From: an uncultured Rhodospirillaceae bacterium
GTDB lineage: Bacteria; Pseudomonadota; Alphaproteobacteria; UBA9219
Assembly: GCA_964482525.1 (NCBI GenBank)
Contig: CAYZXV010000001.1
Span: 1-29,260 of the forward strand
Direction: 5' to 3'
DNA: 29,260 nucleotides
Shown here in pieces: positions 1 through 8,190 of the stretch. Under the pieces are notes generated by a model. The model was given only the letters and a program-made list of their open reading frames with translations, was not told the origin of the DNA and ran no database searches. The stretch's first letter is position 1. Each line of letters starts with the position of its first letter. Made by a program: the position numbers and the translations under genes.

Positions 1-213
1 GACGGCATGCTGACCGGCGCAAATGCAGAACTTTATACAAAGATCCGCCAGATGTGGTCTACGCTGAATCTTCAGGCCTCAGGCGGCGTGAATACAATCG
101 AAGATTTGCGCAGACTGGCTGATAATGGTTTGTCCGGAGCCATTGTCGGCAAGGCACTCTACGAAGGGCATATCGATCTTGCGCAAGCCATAAAAGAAAT
201 CCAACACCAATGA
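1..213 (+). CDS. hisA: HisA (ProFAR isomerase), 3' part only; truncated by the window start
   Basis: Frame 1 reads DGMLTGAN...LQASGG...[11 protein letters not shown], the C-terminal motifs of HisA; lies directly upstream of hisF. Confidence 0.93.
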   Translation, partial: DGMLTGANAELYTKIRQMWSTLNLQASGGVNTIEDLRRLADNGLSGAIVGKALYEGHIDLAQAIKEIQHQ

Positions 214-220
214 ACCGCCG

Positions 221-988
221 ATGCTTGCCAAACGCATAATCCCTTGTCTCGATGTTAAAGATGGTCGCGTGATCAAGGGTGTGCAGTTTCGTGGGCACGA
301 AGTGGTTGGTGATATTCTCGACCTAGCCCAACGTTACCGCGATGAAGGTGCAGACGAGTTGGTTTTTTACGATATCACGGCCAGCAGTGAAGGACGAAGC
401 GTTGATCGTGCTTGGGTCGATGCGTGCGCGAAGATTCTGGACATCCCCTTTTGCGTCGCCGGAGGTATTCGCACGTCAGAGGATGCGCGCGAAGTTCTCG
501 CCCGTGGCGCGGATAAAACCTCGATCAATTCCCCTGCGCTTGAGAGCCCCGACCTTATCAATGCGCTCTCCCGCGAGTTTGGTAAGCAATGTGTAGTGAT
601 CGGAGTCGACAGCCGCGCCGAAGATGGGGATTACGTCGTTTATCAATACACAGGGGATGCTTCGAAAACCATTAAGGCGCGTCGCCGTACTCTGGATTGG
701 GTCACCGAAGTTGTTCAACGGGGCGCGGGCGAAATTGTCTTGAACTGCATGAATCAAGATGGCGTGCGTCAGGGCTATGATCTCGCGCAGCTCAGCGCCG
801 TTCGCGCCTGTGTGTCTGTGCCGCTTATCGCGTCTGGCGGCGCGGGCGAGATCGCCCATTTTGTGGACGTGTTTGAGGCTGCCCGCGTAGATGGTGCGTT
901 GGCGGCCAGCGTTTTTCATAAAAAGATCATTAACATTCGCGAACTTAAAGCGGCGCTTGCCAAGGCTGGCGTGTGTGTGAGGCCATAA
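221..988 (+). CDS. hisF: Imidazole glycerol phosphate synthase cyclase subunit
   Basis: [43 protein letters not shown] and [10 protein letters not shown] motifs; 255 aa. Confidence 0.98.
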   Translation: MLAKRIIPCLDVKDGRVIKGVQFRGHEVVGDILDLAQRYRDEGADELVFYDITASSEGRSVDRAWVDACAKILDIPFCVAGGIRTSEDAREVLARGADKTSINSPALESPDLINALSREFGKQCVVIGVDSRAEDGDYVVYQYTGDASKTIKARRRTLDWVTEVVQRGAGEIVLNCMNQDGVRQGYDLAQLSAVRACVSVPLIASGGAGEIAHFVDVFEAARVDGALAASVFHKKIINIRELKAALAKAGVCVRP

Positions 989-989
989 G

Positions 990-1595
990 ATGACAGATGT
1001 TCTGGAACCCATTGATTTCGAAAAAGGCAACGGACTCGTTCCTGTTATAGTTCAGGATGCCGAAACGCTACGCGTTCTTATGCTTGGTTATATGAATGAA
1101 CAAGCGCTTACCGTCACGCGAGAGAGCGGGTTTGTTACATTTTTTAGCCGCAGTAAGAACCGCCTGTGGCAAAAAGGAGAGACGTCGGGCAACAGGCTTA
1201 AAGTTGTTTTAATTGCCAAGGATTGCGATTCTGATGCGCTTTTAGTTTTGGCCGAACCACAGGGGCCAACCTGTCACACCGGCGCAATCAGTTGTTTTAC
1301 AGATGCCCCAGGCACAGCACTTCGTGTGCTTGAGCAGCTTGCTGACACGATTAGAGTCAGAAAAACCGAACCGCCTGAGAAAAGTTATACGGCCTCCTTG
1401 TTCGCCGCCGGGCTCCCCCGTATGGCCCAGAAGGTCGGTGAGGAGGGCGTTGAAGTCGCGCTTGCCGCCACAACAGAGCGTGAAAAACTGCCGTCCGAGG
1501 CCGCAGACCTCCTTTACCACCTGCTGGTGTTACTAGAGGCCTGTGATCTGTCGATCGATGACGCTTTGCAGGTTTTGCGTAGTCGCAGAAAATGA
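990..1595 (+). CDS. hisIE: Bifunctional phosphoribosyl-AMP cyclohydrolase / phosphoribosyl-ATP pyrophosphatase
   Basis: HisI half has LWQKGETSGN, DCDSD and GPTCHTG..SCF; HisE half has SYTASLF, AQKVGEEGVE and EAADLLYHLLVLL; starts 1 nt after the hisF stop. Confidence 0.97.
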   Translation: MTDVLEPIDFEKGNGLVPVIVQDAETLRVLMLGYMNEQALTVTRESGFVTFFSRSKNRLWQKGETSGNRLKVVLIAKDCDSDALLVLAEPQGPTCHTGAISCFTDAPGTALRVLEQLADTIRVRKTEPPEKSYTASLFAAGLPRMAQKVGEEGVEVALAATTEREKLPSEAADLLYHLLVLLEACDLSIDDALQVLRSRRK

Positions 1596-1602
1596 CCCCT
1601 GG

Positions 1603-2184
1603 CTATTTTGTGGCCTTAAGACCTGCCAGTCCCTTCCAATCTTCGATATCTTGATCAGGCTTCTCTTTGCGGTACTGCGCATAGAGATCAATGCCCATTT
1701 GATCTTCCAAAATGTCAACCGTGACGCCCTTGGCGCGCAGCAGGGGTTCATTGCCGCTCGCGCTTGTGACGTCACCGACAACGACACGAGGAAATCCGCG
1801 CATGTAGATCAAGGTCGCGCAGATATCACAGGGGCTCAGAGTCGTAAAGATCGTCGTGCGGCTAAAATCAATCCGTCCTGCGTCGCGCACCGCCGACGTT
1901 TCTCCGTGATTATAGGGATCGTTGTCTTGAACCAATGTGTTATGGCCCTTCCCAACGATCTGGCGCGTTTCATTATCAATGATAACACCCCCGATGGGAC
2001 AGCCTCCCTCGCTGTAACCCTTGTGCGCAAGCCAGACGGCAAGTCGCATAAAGTCCTTGTCGGTCATTTTTTTAAACAGACCCGGTTCGACGGCGACGCT
2101 CAGACTTTTCGTTGGCACATGGGCCAGGAGGCGAAGCAGCGAGTCATCAATGGTGGTTTGTTCGGAGAAGCAGGGCTTTGTCAT
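1603..2184 (-). CDS. Zinc-dependent nucleoside/cytosine deaminase (cytidine deaminase fold, resembling yeast FCY1)
   Basis: HGE and SPCDIC zinc motifs plus PIGGVII and GKGHN. I chose ATG 2184 because AAAGG lies 9 nt upstream; ATG 2193 is the alternative. Confidence 0.88.
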   Translation of the reverse strand: MTKPCFSEQTTIDDSLLRLLAHVPTKSLSVAVEPGLFKKMTDKDFMRLAVWLAHKGYSEGGCPIGGVIIDNETRQIVGKGHNTLVQDNDPYNHGETSAVRDAGRIDFSRTTIFTTLSPCDICATLIYMRGFPRVVVGDVTSASGNEPLLRAKGVTVDILEDQMGIDLYAQYRKEKPDQDIEDWKGLAGLKATK

Positions 2185-2199
2185 CGACGGCATCCTTTG

Positions 2200-3375
2200 T
2201 TATTCGCACACGATTTTAAGAAGCTTGGCGTTCTGCGGTGACCAATCCCATGCTTTGATCTTTTCAGCGATAAGATTGGCCTGTGTTTGGGCGGCCTGTC
2301 GTTGGGTATAAATTTTTTCAAGCGCTTCGACAAGTGCATCGGGATCGGTTTCGCCCCAATCTTCCACGCTGGCGTGATCAGGTGGCGCTTTAACAGGCTT
2401 TTGTTCCTCAAAGCAGGAGAATCCCAAGAAGTCGACAAGGTCTTTTTGTCCGGTATTATTCGCAACCACGGTTGGGACGCCGCAGGCGGCGGCCTCCATC
2501 GCAACCAGATTGGTTCCGCCCTCGCAGCGGCTCGGAAAAAGAGCGGCATCGCACTCGCGCAAGATGGCGGGCATCAGCATGTTCGGGACATAGGGAAGGT
2601 CAATAAAACTCCCTTCCGGCAACCCCTGGGCGCGAAGCCAAGCGGTGACCTGAAGGCCTTGCTTTGGATCTAGCTGTGGCGGGACCTCACAATGGCCAGC
2701 CATGGCAAAGGGGCGTGGGTCTTGGACAAGGAGATTTTGCCAGCAAGTGATCAGTAGCGCTTCGGGGTGCCGGGCATGAAACCGTTTGAAGGCTGTTGCG
2801 GTGATATCTTGTCCTTTGCGAAACTCGAACTTACCACCAGAAAAGATAATGAAACGATCTTTCCATAACCCCGTCTTGGGGCCTGGCATGAATTGCGAGG
2901 TGTCGATGCCTTGATGGCACAAATGAACAGGCGCAACATTCAGGCCTTTTAGATATTGTTCGTTCCATCGTGAAATGGCGATGAACATGTCGTAATTTCG
3001 CGCGTAGTCGCAGGCGCTTTGTGAAAAGCCTTTATGCTCGATGGCGGCACACCCCACATTAAGGGTCCCGCGAATGCGGTCTTGACCAGCAAAGCCGGCA
3101 CACTCGTTTCCAACGACGTAGAGGACTGGGTGATCAAAGGCCAGAACTTCACTGGGATTTTGTGATAGGGCATCATCAATTTTTTTGGCTAGAGCCAAGA
3201 CGGGACCTAAGCGAACCTGCGTTAAGGTGGGGAGCGTCGTTTGGGCGGGGGCGCGGGTTGCGATAAAGCTGCCTTCATTTCCACGCAAATACTCAAGGGC
3301 CAAGTGCAGACCATACATGCCATAACCAGAAATGGTCGAAATAGCCCACGTAAGGGCAAGGGATTTGCGAGGCAT
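2200..3375 (-). CDS. GT4-family (GT-B) glycosyltransferase
   Basis: FSGGKFEFRKGQDI and FPSRCEGGTNLVAMEAAACGVP match the GT4 E-x7-E nucleotide-sugar-binding region; 391 aa. Confidence 0.9.
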   Translation of the reverse strand: MPRKSLALTWAISTISGYGMYGLHLALEYLRGNEGSFIATRAPAQTTLPTLTQVRLGPVLALAKKIDDALSQNPSEVLAFDHPVLYVVGNECAGFAGQDRIRGTLNVGCAAIEHKGFSQSACDYARNYDMFIAISRWNEQYLKGLNVAPVHLCHQGIDTSQFMPGPKTGLWKDRFIIFSGGKFEFRKGQDITATAFKRFHARHPEALLITCWQNLLVQDPRPFAMAGHCEVPPQLDPKQGLQVTAWLRAQGLPEGSFIDLPYVPNMLMPAILRECDAALFPSRCEGGTNLVAMEAAACGVPTVVANNTGQKDLVDFLGFSCFEEQKPVKAPPDHASVEDWGETDPDALVEALEKIYTQRQAAQTQANLIAEKIKAWDWSPQNAKLLKIVCE

Positions 3376-3542
3376 AGAGGGCTCTTGGCTAGAAGGTCGG
3401 ACGTCTAAGTCTTAACAAGATGTAAAAAAACGTGCAAATTTTCCCTGAACTGAGAAATGAGGGGACAAGAAAAAACGTGTTTTTTTCCAAGGAGAAGCGC
3501 GCAAGTTACGGATTTTACAGGGTGGAACACCACTGAAGGACC

Positions 3543-3571
3543 TTGTCAAGAAGAAAAAAATGTGATATGAT
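3543..3571 (+). promoter_or_regulatory. Sigma70-type promoter with extended -10
   Basis: TTGTCA (3543-3548), 17-nt spacer, TATGAT (3566-3571), with TG at 3563-3564; about 80 nt upstream of ATG 3651. Confidence 0.65.
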
Positions 3572-3650
3572 TATGATAATGGGCGGAGTGTTTTTTGGGT
3601 GTTTCCGACAGCACGAAGCCAAGGAAGAACGAAGTTGTTTGGGGGATGAC

Positions 3651-3950
3651 ATGCTTGGCATGGACACCATCGCGGAAGTCGGGGGGAGCGGCACAATACG
3701 TGTTCGCTTGCCGTCGTCTGCGCCTGCTCCCTTGGATAACGTGGGTGCAGGGGGCGTTCCGGTTGTGCCGTTTTCTCCGCGTATTAAGACCGACCCTGTG
3801 GCGGGTGTGATGATTGCGGAATACCTTTCCTCCGTTGGGGAAAAGGAAATCCAGATTCCGTCCCAGACGGTTGTGGCTTATTTGCGATCGGGCTTAACGG
3901 CGACTGGTGTGCCCGAAAAGCGCGAGACAGCGACGGCGATTGACGCCTGA
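3651..3950 (+). CDS. Small hypothetical protein, FlaG-like (99 aa)
   Basis: GGGGA lies 5 nt before ATG 3651. SPRIKTDPVAGVMIAEYLSSVGEKEIQIPSQTVV resembles the FlaG core (D..G..V....GE...QIP). Flanked by a promoter and a terminator. Confidence 0.7.
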   Translation: MLGMDTIAEVGGSGTIRVRLPSSAPAPLDNVGAGGVPVVPFSPRIKTDPVAGVMIAEYLSSVGEKEIQIPSQTVVAYLRSGLTATGVPEKRETATAIDA

Positions 3951-3982
3951 CGTTTCTTCAGGGGGATGGCGTGAGATGAACT

Positions 3983-4005
3983 ACCGCCCGCGAGGCGGTT
4001 TTTTT
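3983..4005 (+). terminator. Rho-independent terminator
   Basis: ACCGCC-cgcga-GGCGGT stem-loop followed by a T run, 32 nt after the stop at 3950. Confidence 0.85.
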
Positions 4006-4019
4006 GTGTCAACACCCGA

Positions 4020-5144
4020 TCAGGGACATGCCCCACTTTCATAAGCCCCAAGAATGGTCCGCACAGGGGCAAGATCATCAATGGTAACGGTTTTTGCAAA
4101 ACCAATACGTTCCGGAAGAATAAACACAAGTTTTCCGTCCCGCACCTTTTTATCCTGATGCATCCATCCGATGAGTTCATCGATAGAGGCCTTGTGGGGC
4201 GGTGGAGTCAAGGGGAGCCCGATTGCTTTGAAGTGTTTGTGGACTCGATCTCGATCTTGCCCAGAGCAATAACCTAACGTCACTGCTAAATCAAAAGCCA
4301 TAAGCGTGCCTAGAGCTACGCCTTCGCCATGCAATAACGCCTCACTATAGCCTGTTGCTGTTTCAAGCGCGTGGCCGAAGGTATGGCCTAGATTCAAAAG
4401 GGCTCGTTTTCCGGCCTCGCGCTCATCCTGTGCGACGATCGATGCCTTAATCTTGCAGCTGTGTGCGATGGCTGTGTTGCGCGCAATTGGGTCGCCGGAG
4501 AGAAGAAGGGACGCGTTTTGTTCGCACCACTCGAAAAAAGAGAAATCTTCAATAAGGCCATACTTCACGACCTCAGCATAACCCGCGAGAAGCTCGCGTC
4601 GAGGCAAGGTGTTTAGCGTATTTGTATCCGCCCACACGGCAATGGGTTGAGAAAAAGTTCCGATTGTGTTTTTTCCATATTGGCTGTTGATCCCGTTTTT
4701 ACCGCCAACGGAACTGTCAACTTGTGAAAGAAGGGTTGTAGGAATTTGAACGCAAGGCAATCCGCGCAATGCGGTCGCCGCGGCAAAGCCCGCTAAATCT
4801 CCCACGACCCCGCCGCCTAACGCTAAGATTACGGTATGGCGATCAAGGTCGCGAGCAAAGAAAGACTCCAAAACATGACCCCAGCCCTGGATGCTTTTTA
4901 GGGATTCTCCTGCGGGTATAATTACGGAAGGCAAAACGTTGTGGCCTTGCTCACGCAGAGCCAACTCAACCAATGGCAAATAGAGCGGAGCTACGTTAGA
5001 GTCCGTAACAATAATGACGCGTGACGCTCCCCTCAGGCTCGATAACAAAAGACCTGTTTGTGCCAGAAGGTTGTCGCCAATCAGAATATTGTAAGCACCC
5101 AGCGCACGTGGAATGGTGACAGAAACGGTTTTGTGGGATGTCAT
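4020..5144 (-). CDS. aroB: 3-dehydroquinate synthase
   Basis: LGGGVVGDLAGFAAA, QIPTTLLSQVDSSVGGKNGIN, GYAEVVKYG, RALLNLGHTFGHALE and LLHGEGV motifs. Confidence 0.97.
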   Translation of the reverse strand: MTSHKTVSVTIPRALGAYNILIGDNLLAQTGLLLSSLRGASRVIIVTDSNVAPLYLPLVELALREQGHNVLPSVIIPAGESLKSIQGWGHVLESFFARDLDRHTVILALGGGVVGDLAGFAAATALRGLPCVQIPTTLLSQVDSSVGGKNGINSQYGKNTIGTFSQPIAVWADTNTLNTLPRRELLAGYAEVVKYGLIEDFSFFEWCEQNASLLLSGDPIARNTAIAHSCKIKASIVAQDEREAGKRALLNLGHTFGHALETATGYSEALLHGEGVALGTLMAFDLAVTLGYCSGQDRDRVHKHFKAIGLPLTPPPHKASIDELIGWMHQDKKVRDGKLVFILPERIGFAKTVTIDDLAPVRTILGAYESGACP

Positions 5145-5303
5145 AAAAGGGTTCCAGCCAAGTTAGCGTTTCCCAAGGGAAAAAGATACGGTATCATGAA
5201 TCGCGACAGCCCTGTGTTATAAACTGTTTGAAAGGGCTTTTGGCCCTGCACAGAAAGAAGATATCCATAACTCTTTGGGGGTCCGTAAGGAAGGGATACG
5301 CAT

Positions 5304-7241
5304 ATGAAATCGTTTCGTCAATGTGTTTGGTTTGCCTTTGGCCTGATCTTTTGCGCGGCACATGTGCAGGCGGGGGTGCCTGTCGAAACCAACGATCCTC
5401 GACACGCCAGCTTTGAACTGCCCCGGGCCATAACTAATGGAACAAGCGGCAAGAGCAACGATCCCGCATTCGACTTATCCGTGCCACCAGAAATCAAGAG
5501 GATGAAGGGCGAGGACCTTTCCTCTGAGACAAATCCTCCAACCCTGTCCAAAAACCCGATTCTTGAGGAAGCGATTGAGCCTGTCAAACCTGTTGAGGTT
5601 GCTACCCCCGTGGCGAAAGAGATTCTTCCAGATGTCGACCCAGAAACTTTAGGCCTTCTTTCAGTTGAACAGGGAGGTTTGGGCACGTCTTTATGGACCG
5701 ATACAACCCGTGACGCAATAAATCGTTTTTTGGATCCTTCGGTACTGCCCACGCCTTCACGTGCCTTGAACGAGGTTGCGCGTCGATTGTTTTTGAGCAC
5801 AGCGGCGGCGCCCGCACCCTCCCCCAAAGAACCTAAAAACTCTGTACAACCCTTAAGTTTCTTAGCCCAGCGCATAGGGGCATTGGTTCGGGTCGGTGCG
5901 GTTGAGGATGCTTGGCGGCTTTTTTCCCTTGCTGAGCCGTCTTTGATTGATGCAGGAACGCTTCGTGAGCTTGCCGAAGTTTCGCTTCTTGGGTCAGCTA
6001 GTGCCGAGGTGTGCGCTAAAATTCCGGCGATGATGGCCGCGCATGACAAGACCGAAGAAACACAGCAAGAATGGCAAAAAGCTCTGCTTGTTTGCCAGCT
6101 TCGCCAAAAGAACGACAAAGCAGTTCAACTTGGTCTTTCTCTCCTTGAGGAGAAACAGACGAACCGAGACATGTTTATGATTCTCTTAAGTCGGATAACC
6201 AGTGGCGAGAGAAAGGCATTGCCAAGAGGATTAACGCCGTTAAGGCCAATGACTCTCGCCTTGCTACAAGACATCAACGCCCCTTTGCCATCAGAAGTTT
6301 ACGCAAGGCCTGAGGCAAGCCTGATCCCCTCTTTGATCCAGATGAAAGCACAGAATGAGAAAGACCGACTTGGTCTTGCGGAACGCGCGGCCATACGTGG
6401 ACTCCTTTCGAAGGAGCAACTTGAAAGGGCCTATCAAAGCTATACCCCAACACCGCAAGAAATTGCGGGGGCGCAAGAGGAGCGTAAAATCGAATCCACG
6501 GGACGGGCGATGCTGATTCAAGCTTTGGCGCATGAAGCCTCTCCGGTCAAGAAAGTAGACCTCGCCCAGAAATTCTTATCTTCGCTGCCTGCTGCGGCAA
6601 GCCAAGGCCCTTTGGGTCAGATTATAGCCTCAAAGCTGGAAACAATCCCAATAAACAGCGAAATGAATTCTTACGCATTGGTTTTGGCTCGCATATTTAC
6701 TCAGGCTGGAAACCCGGAGAAAGCCCTGCCGTGGAAAAAGCTTGCGGCAGAGGTTGCTGCCCGTGCTCCAGAGATGAGGCCTGCCTATCGCCAAAGTTGG
6801 CCGCTTTTTGTTCTGGCTGGTTTGGTGCCTGATGGCGACTATGCCCAGGAAATGAACTTTTGGTTAGAGGCCGCGTTAACGTCGACGACGGAGGCTGGTT
6901 TGGCAGCGCCCCAACAGGAACAAGTTGCCCATGCGTTGCTGCTGCTCTCCGCTGCGGGTTATGCTGTGCCAGAGGCGGCGTGGCTTCGAGTGCTTGCGCC
7001 AGCTGTGCCGTTGAAACAAACCATGCCCTCTCCCGCGTTGATGGAACGACTGCGGTTGGCAGCACAAGCTGGGCGACGGGGGGAGGTGGTGTTGCTTTGT
7101 TTTATGGCTGCCTTTGGGGGCCCAGAGAACGCACCTGTTTCTCTTTCTGTGCAGGTGGATATGGTTCGTGCTCTTCGACTAGTTGGGTTGACGGCAGAAA
7201 TGCAGGCGCTCGCTCTTGAAGCGTTGGCGGGGATCCTGTGA
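5304..7241 (+). CDS. Exported, largely helical hypothetical protein (645 aa)
   Basis: Signal-peptide-like N-terminus ending VQA, a Pro/Glu-rich linker, then GGLGTSLWTDT and Ala/Leu-rich helical sequence; SD AAGGAAGGG upstream; stop overlaps the xerD GTG. Confidence 0.8.
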   Translation: MKSFRQCVWFAFGLIFCAAHVQAGVPVETNDPRHASFELPRAITNGTSGKSNDPAFDLSVPPEIKRMKGEDLSSETNPPTLSKNPILEEAIEPVKPVEVATPVAKEILPDVDPETLGLLSVEQGGLGTSLWTDTTRDAINRFLDPSVLPTPSRALNEVARRLFLSTAAAPAPSPKEPKNSVQPLSFLAQRIGALVRVGAVEDAWRLFSLAEPSLIDAGTLRELAEVSLLGSASAEVCAKIPAMMAAHDKTEETQQEWQKALLVCQLRQKNDKAVQLGLSLLEEKQTNRDMFMILLSRITSGERKALPRGLTPLRPMTLALLQDINAPLPSEVYARPEASLIPSLIQMKAQNEKDRLGLAERAAIRGLLSKEQLERAYQSYTPTPQEIAGAQEERKIESTGRAMLIQALAHEASPVKKVDLAQKFLSSLPAAASQGPLGQIIASKLETIPINSEMNSYALVLARIFTQAGNPEKALPWKKLAAEVAARAPEMRPAYRQSWPLFVLAGLVPDGDYAQEMNFWLEAALTSTTEAGLAAPQQEQVAHALLLLSAAGYAVPEAAWLRVLAPAVPLKQTMPSPALMERLRLAAQAGRRGEVVLLCFMAAFGGPENAPVSLSVQVDMVRALRLVGLTAEMQALALEALAGIL

Positions 7242-8188
7242 TCGACCCCTTTCTTGATATGCTGCTAGCCGAACGAGGCGCTTCGGAAAATACGAGACTT
7301 GCTTATGCTCGTGATTTACAGCATGTAAGCGCCTTTCTTGCTTCACGAGGCCAGTCCCTTGACTTGGCTGAAGAAGAAGATATTCGCGCCTATCTTTATC
7401 ATGAATTAAGGGCAGCAGCTTCGCGTACCCAAGCGCGCCGTTTGTCAACACTCCGTCAGTATTACAGGTTTCTTTGTTCAGAACAGGAACGTAAAGACGA
7501 CCCCACACGCACTATTGACTCGCCGAAGCTTACGCGCAGTTTGCCAAAATATTTAACAGAGGGCGAAGTATTATCTCTTTTAAAACATGTTCAAAAGATG
7601 CCGGACATGGAAGGTGCACGGTTGAGGGCTCTTCTGGAGCTTGTGTACGCGACGGGCCTTCGGGTCAGTGAGCTTGTGAGTTTGCCAGTTGCTGCTGTGT
7701 CTTTTGAACGAGGTATGGTTCAAGTTCGGGGTAAGGGTGGAAAAGAACGTATCGTTCCGCTCGGAGATCACGCGCTTGGGGCCCTTGGTCTCTGGTTAGC
7801 GGCTCTTGAACAACAGAAAAGATTGTCAGAAACAGATAGGAAAAAACGACGCAAAAACGAACAGAAAGGAACTGGTTTTTTGTTTCCTTCAGCGAGATCA
7901 AAGTCTGGGCATTTAACGCGCCAAAGATTTTTTCAGAAACTTAAAGAAATAGGTCTGGCTGTTGGACTATCCCCCGATCGACTAAGTCCTCACGTGCTGC
8001 GTCATGCGTTTGCAACGCATTTAATTGAACATGGCGCGGATCTAAGGAGTGTTCAGACAATGTTGGGTCATGCGGATATTGCAACAACCCAGATATACAC
8101 CCATGTGGCACATAGCCGTTTAACCCATGCCGTGACCGCTCATCATCCCCTTGCAGATCGAAAAACGCGCCGCACGAGGAAACGTTAG
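7238..8188 (+). CDS. xerD: Site-specific tyrosine recombinase XerD
   Basis: N-terminal ASENTRLAYARDL; catalytic motifs ATGLRVSEL, GKGGKER and SPHVLRHAFATHL..GADLRSVQTMLGHADIATTQIYTHV. Confidence 0.93.
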   Translation: MIDPFLDMLLAERGASENTRLAYARDLQHVSAFLASRGQSLDLAEEEDIRAYLYHELRAAASRTQARRLSTLRQYYRFLCSEQERKDDPTRTIDSPKLTRSLPKYLTEGEVLSLLKHVQKMPDMEGARLRALLELVYATGLRVSELVSLPVAAVSFERGMVQVRGKGGKERIVPLGDHALGALGLWLAALEQQKRLSETDRKKRRKNEQKGTGFLFPSARSKSGHLTRQRFFQKLKEIGLAVGLSPDRLSPHVLRHAFATHLIEHGADLRSVQTMLGHADIATTQIYTHVAHSRLTHAVTAHHPLADRKTRRTRKR

Positions 8189-8190
8189 TC

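Noticed and set aside
1543-2241. 232-aa plus-strand ORF
   Set aside because: Antisense shadow of the deaminase; no motifs and no RBS.
5169-5247. Three short palindromes (TTTCCC-aa-GGGAAA, GATAC-g-GTATC, AGGGC-ttttg-GCCCT) in the aroB divergent region
   Set aside because: Arms of 5-6 bp that are unrelated to each other and match no operator I recognise; compatible with chance.
5318-6118. 266-aa minus-strand ORF
   Set aside because: Ser-rich antisense shadow of the 645-aa gene; no independent evidence.
7238-8188. Tyrosine recombinase as a phage or island integrase
   Set aside because: XerD-type signatures and housekeeping context; no att repeats, tRNA or phage genes.
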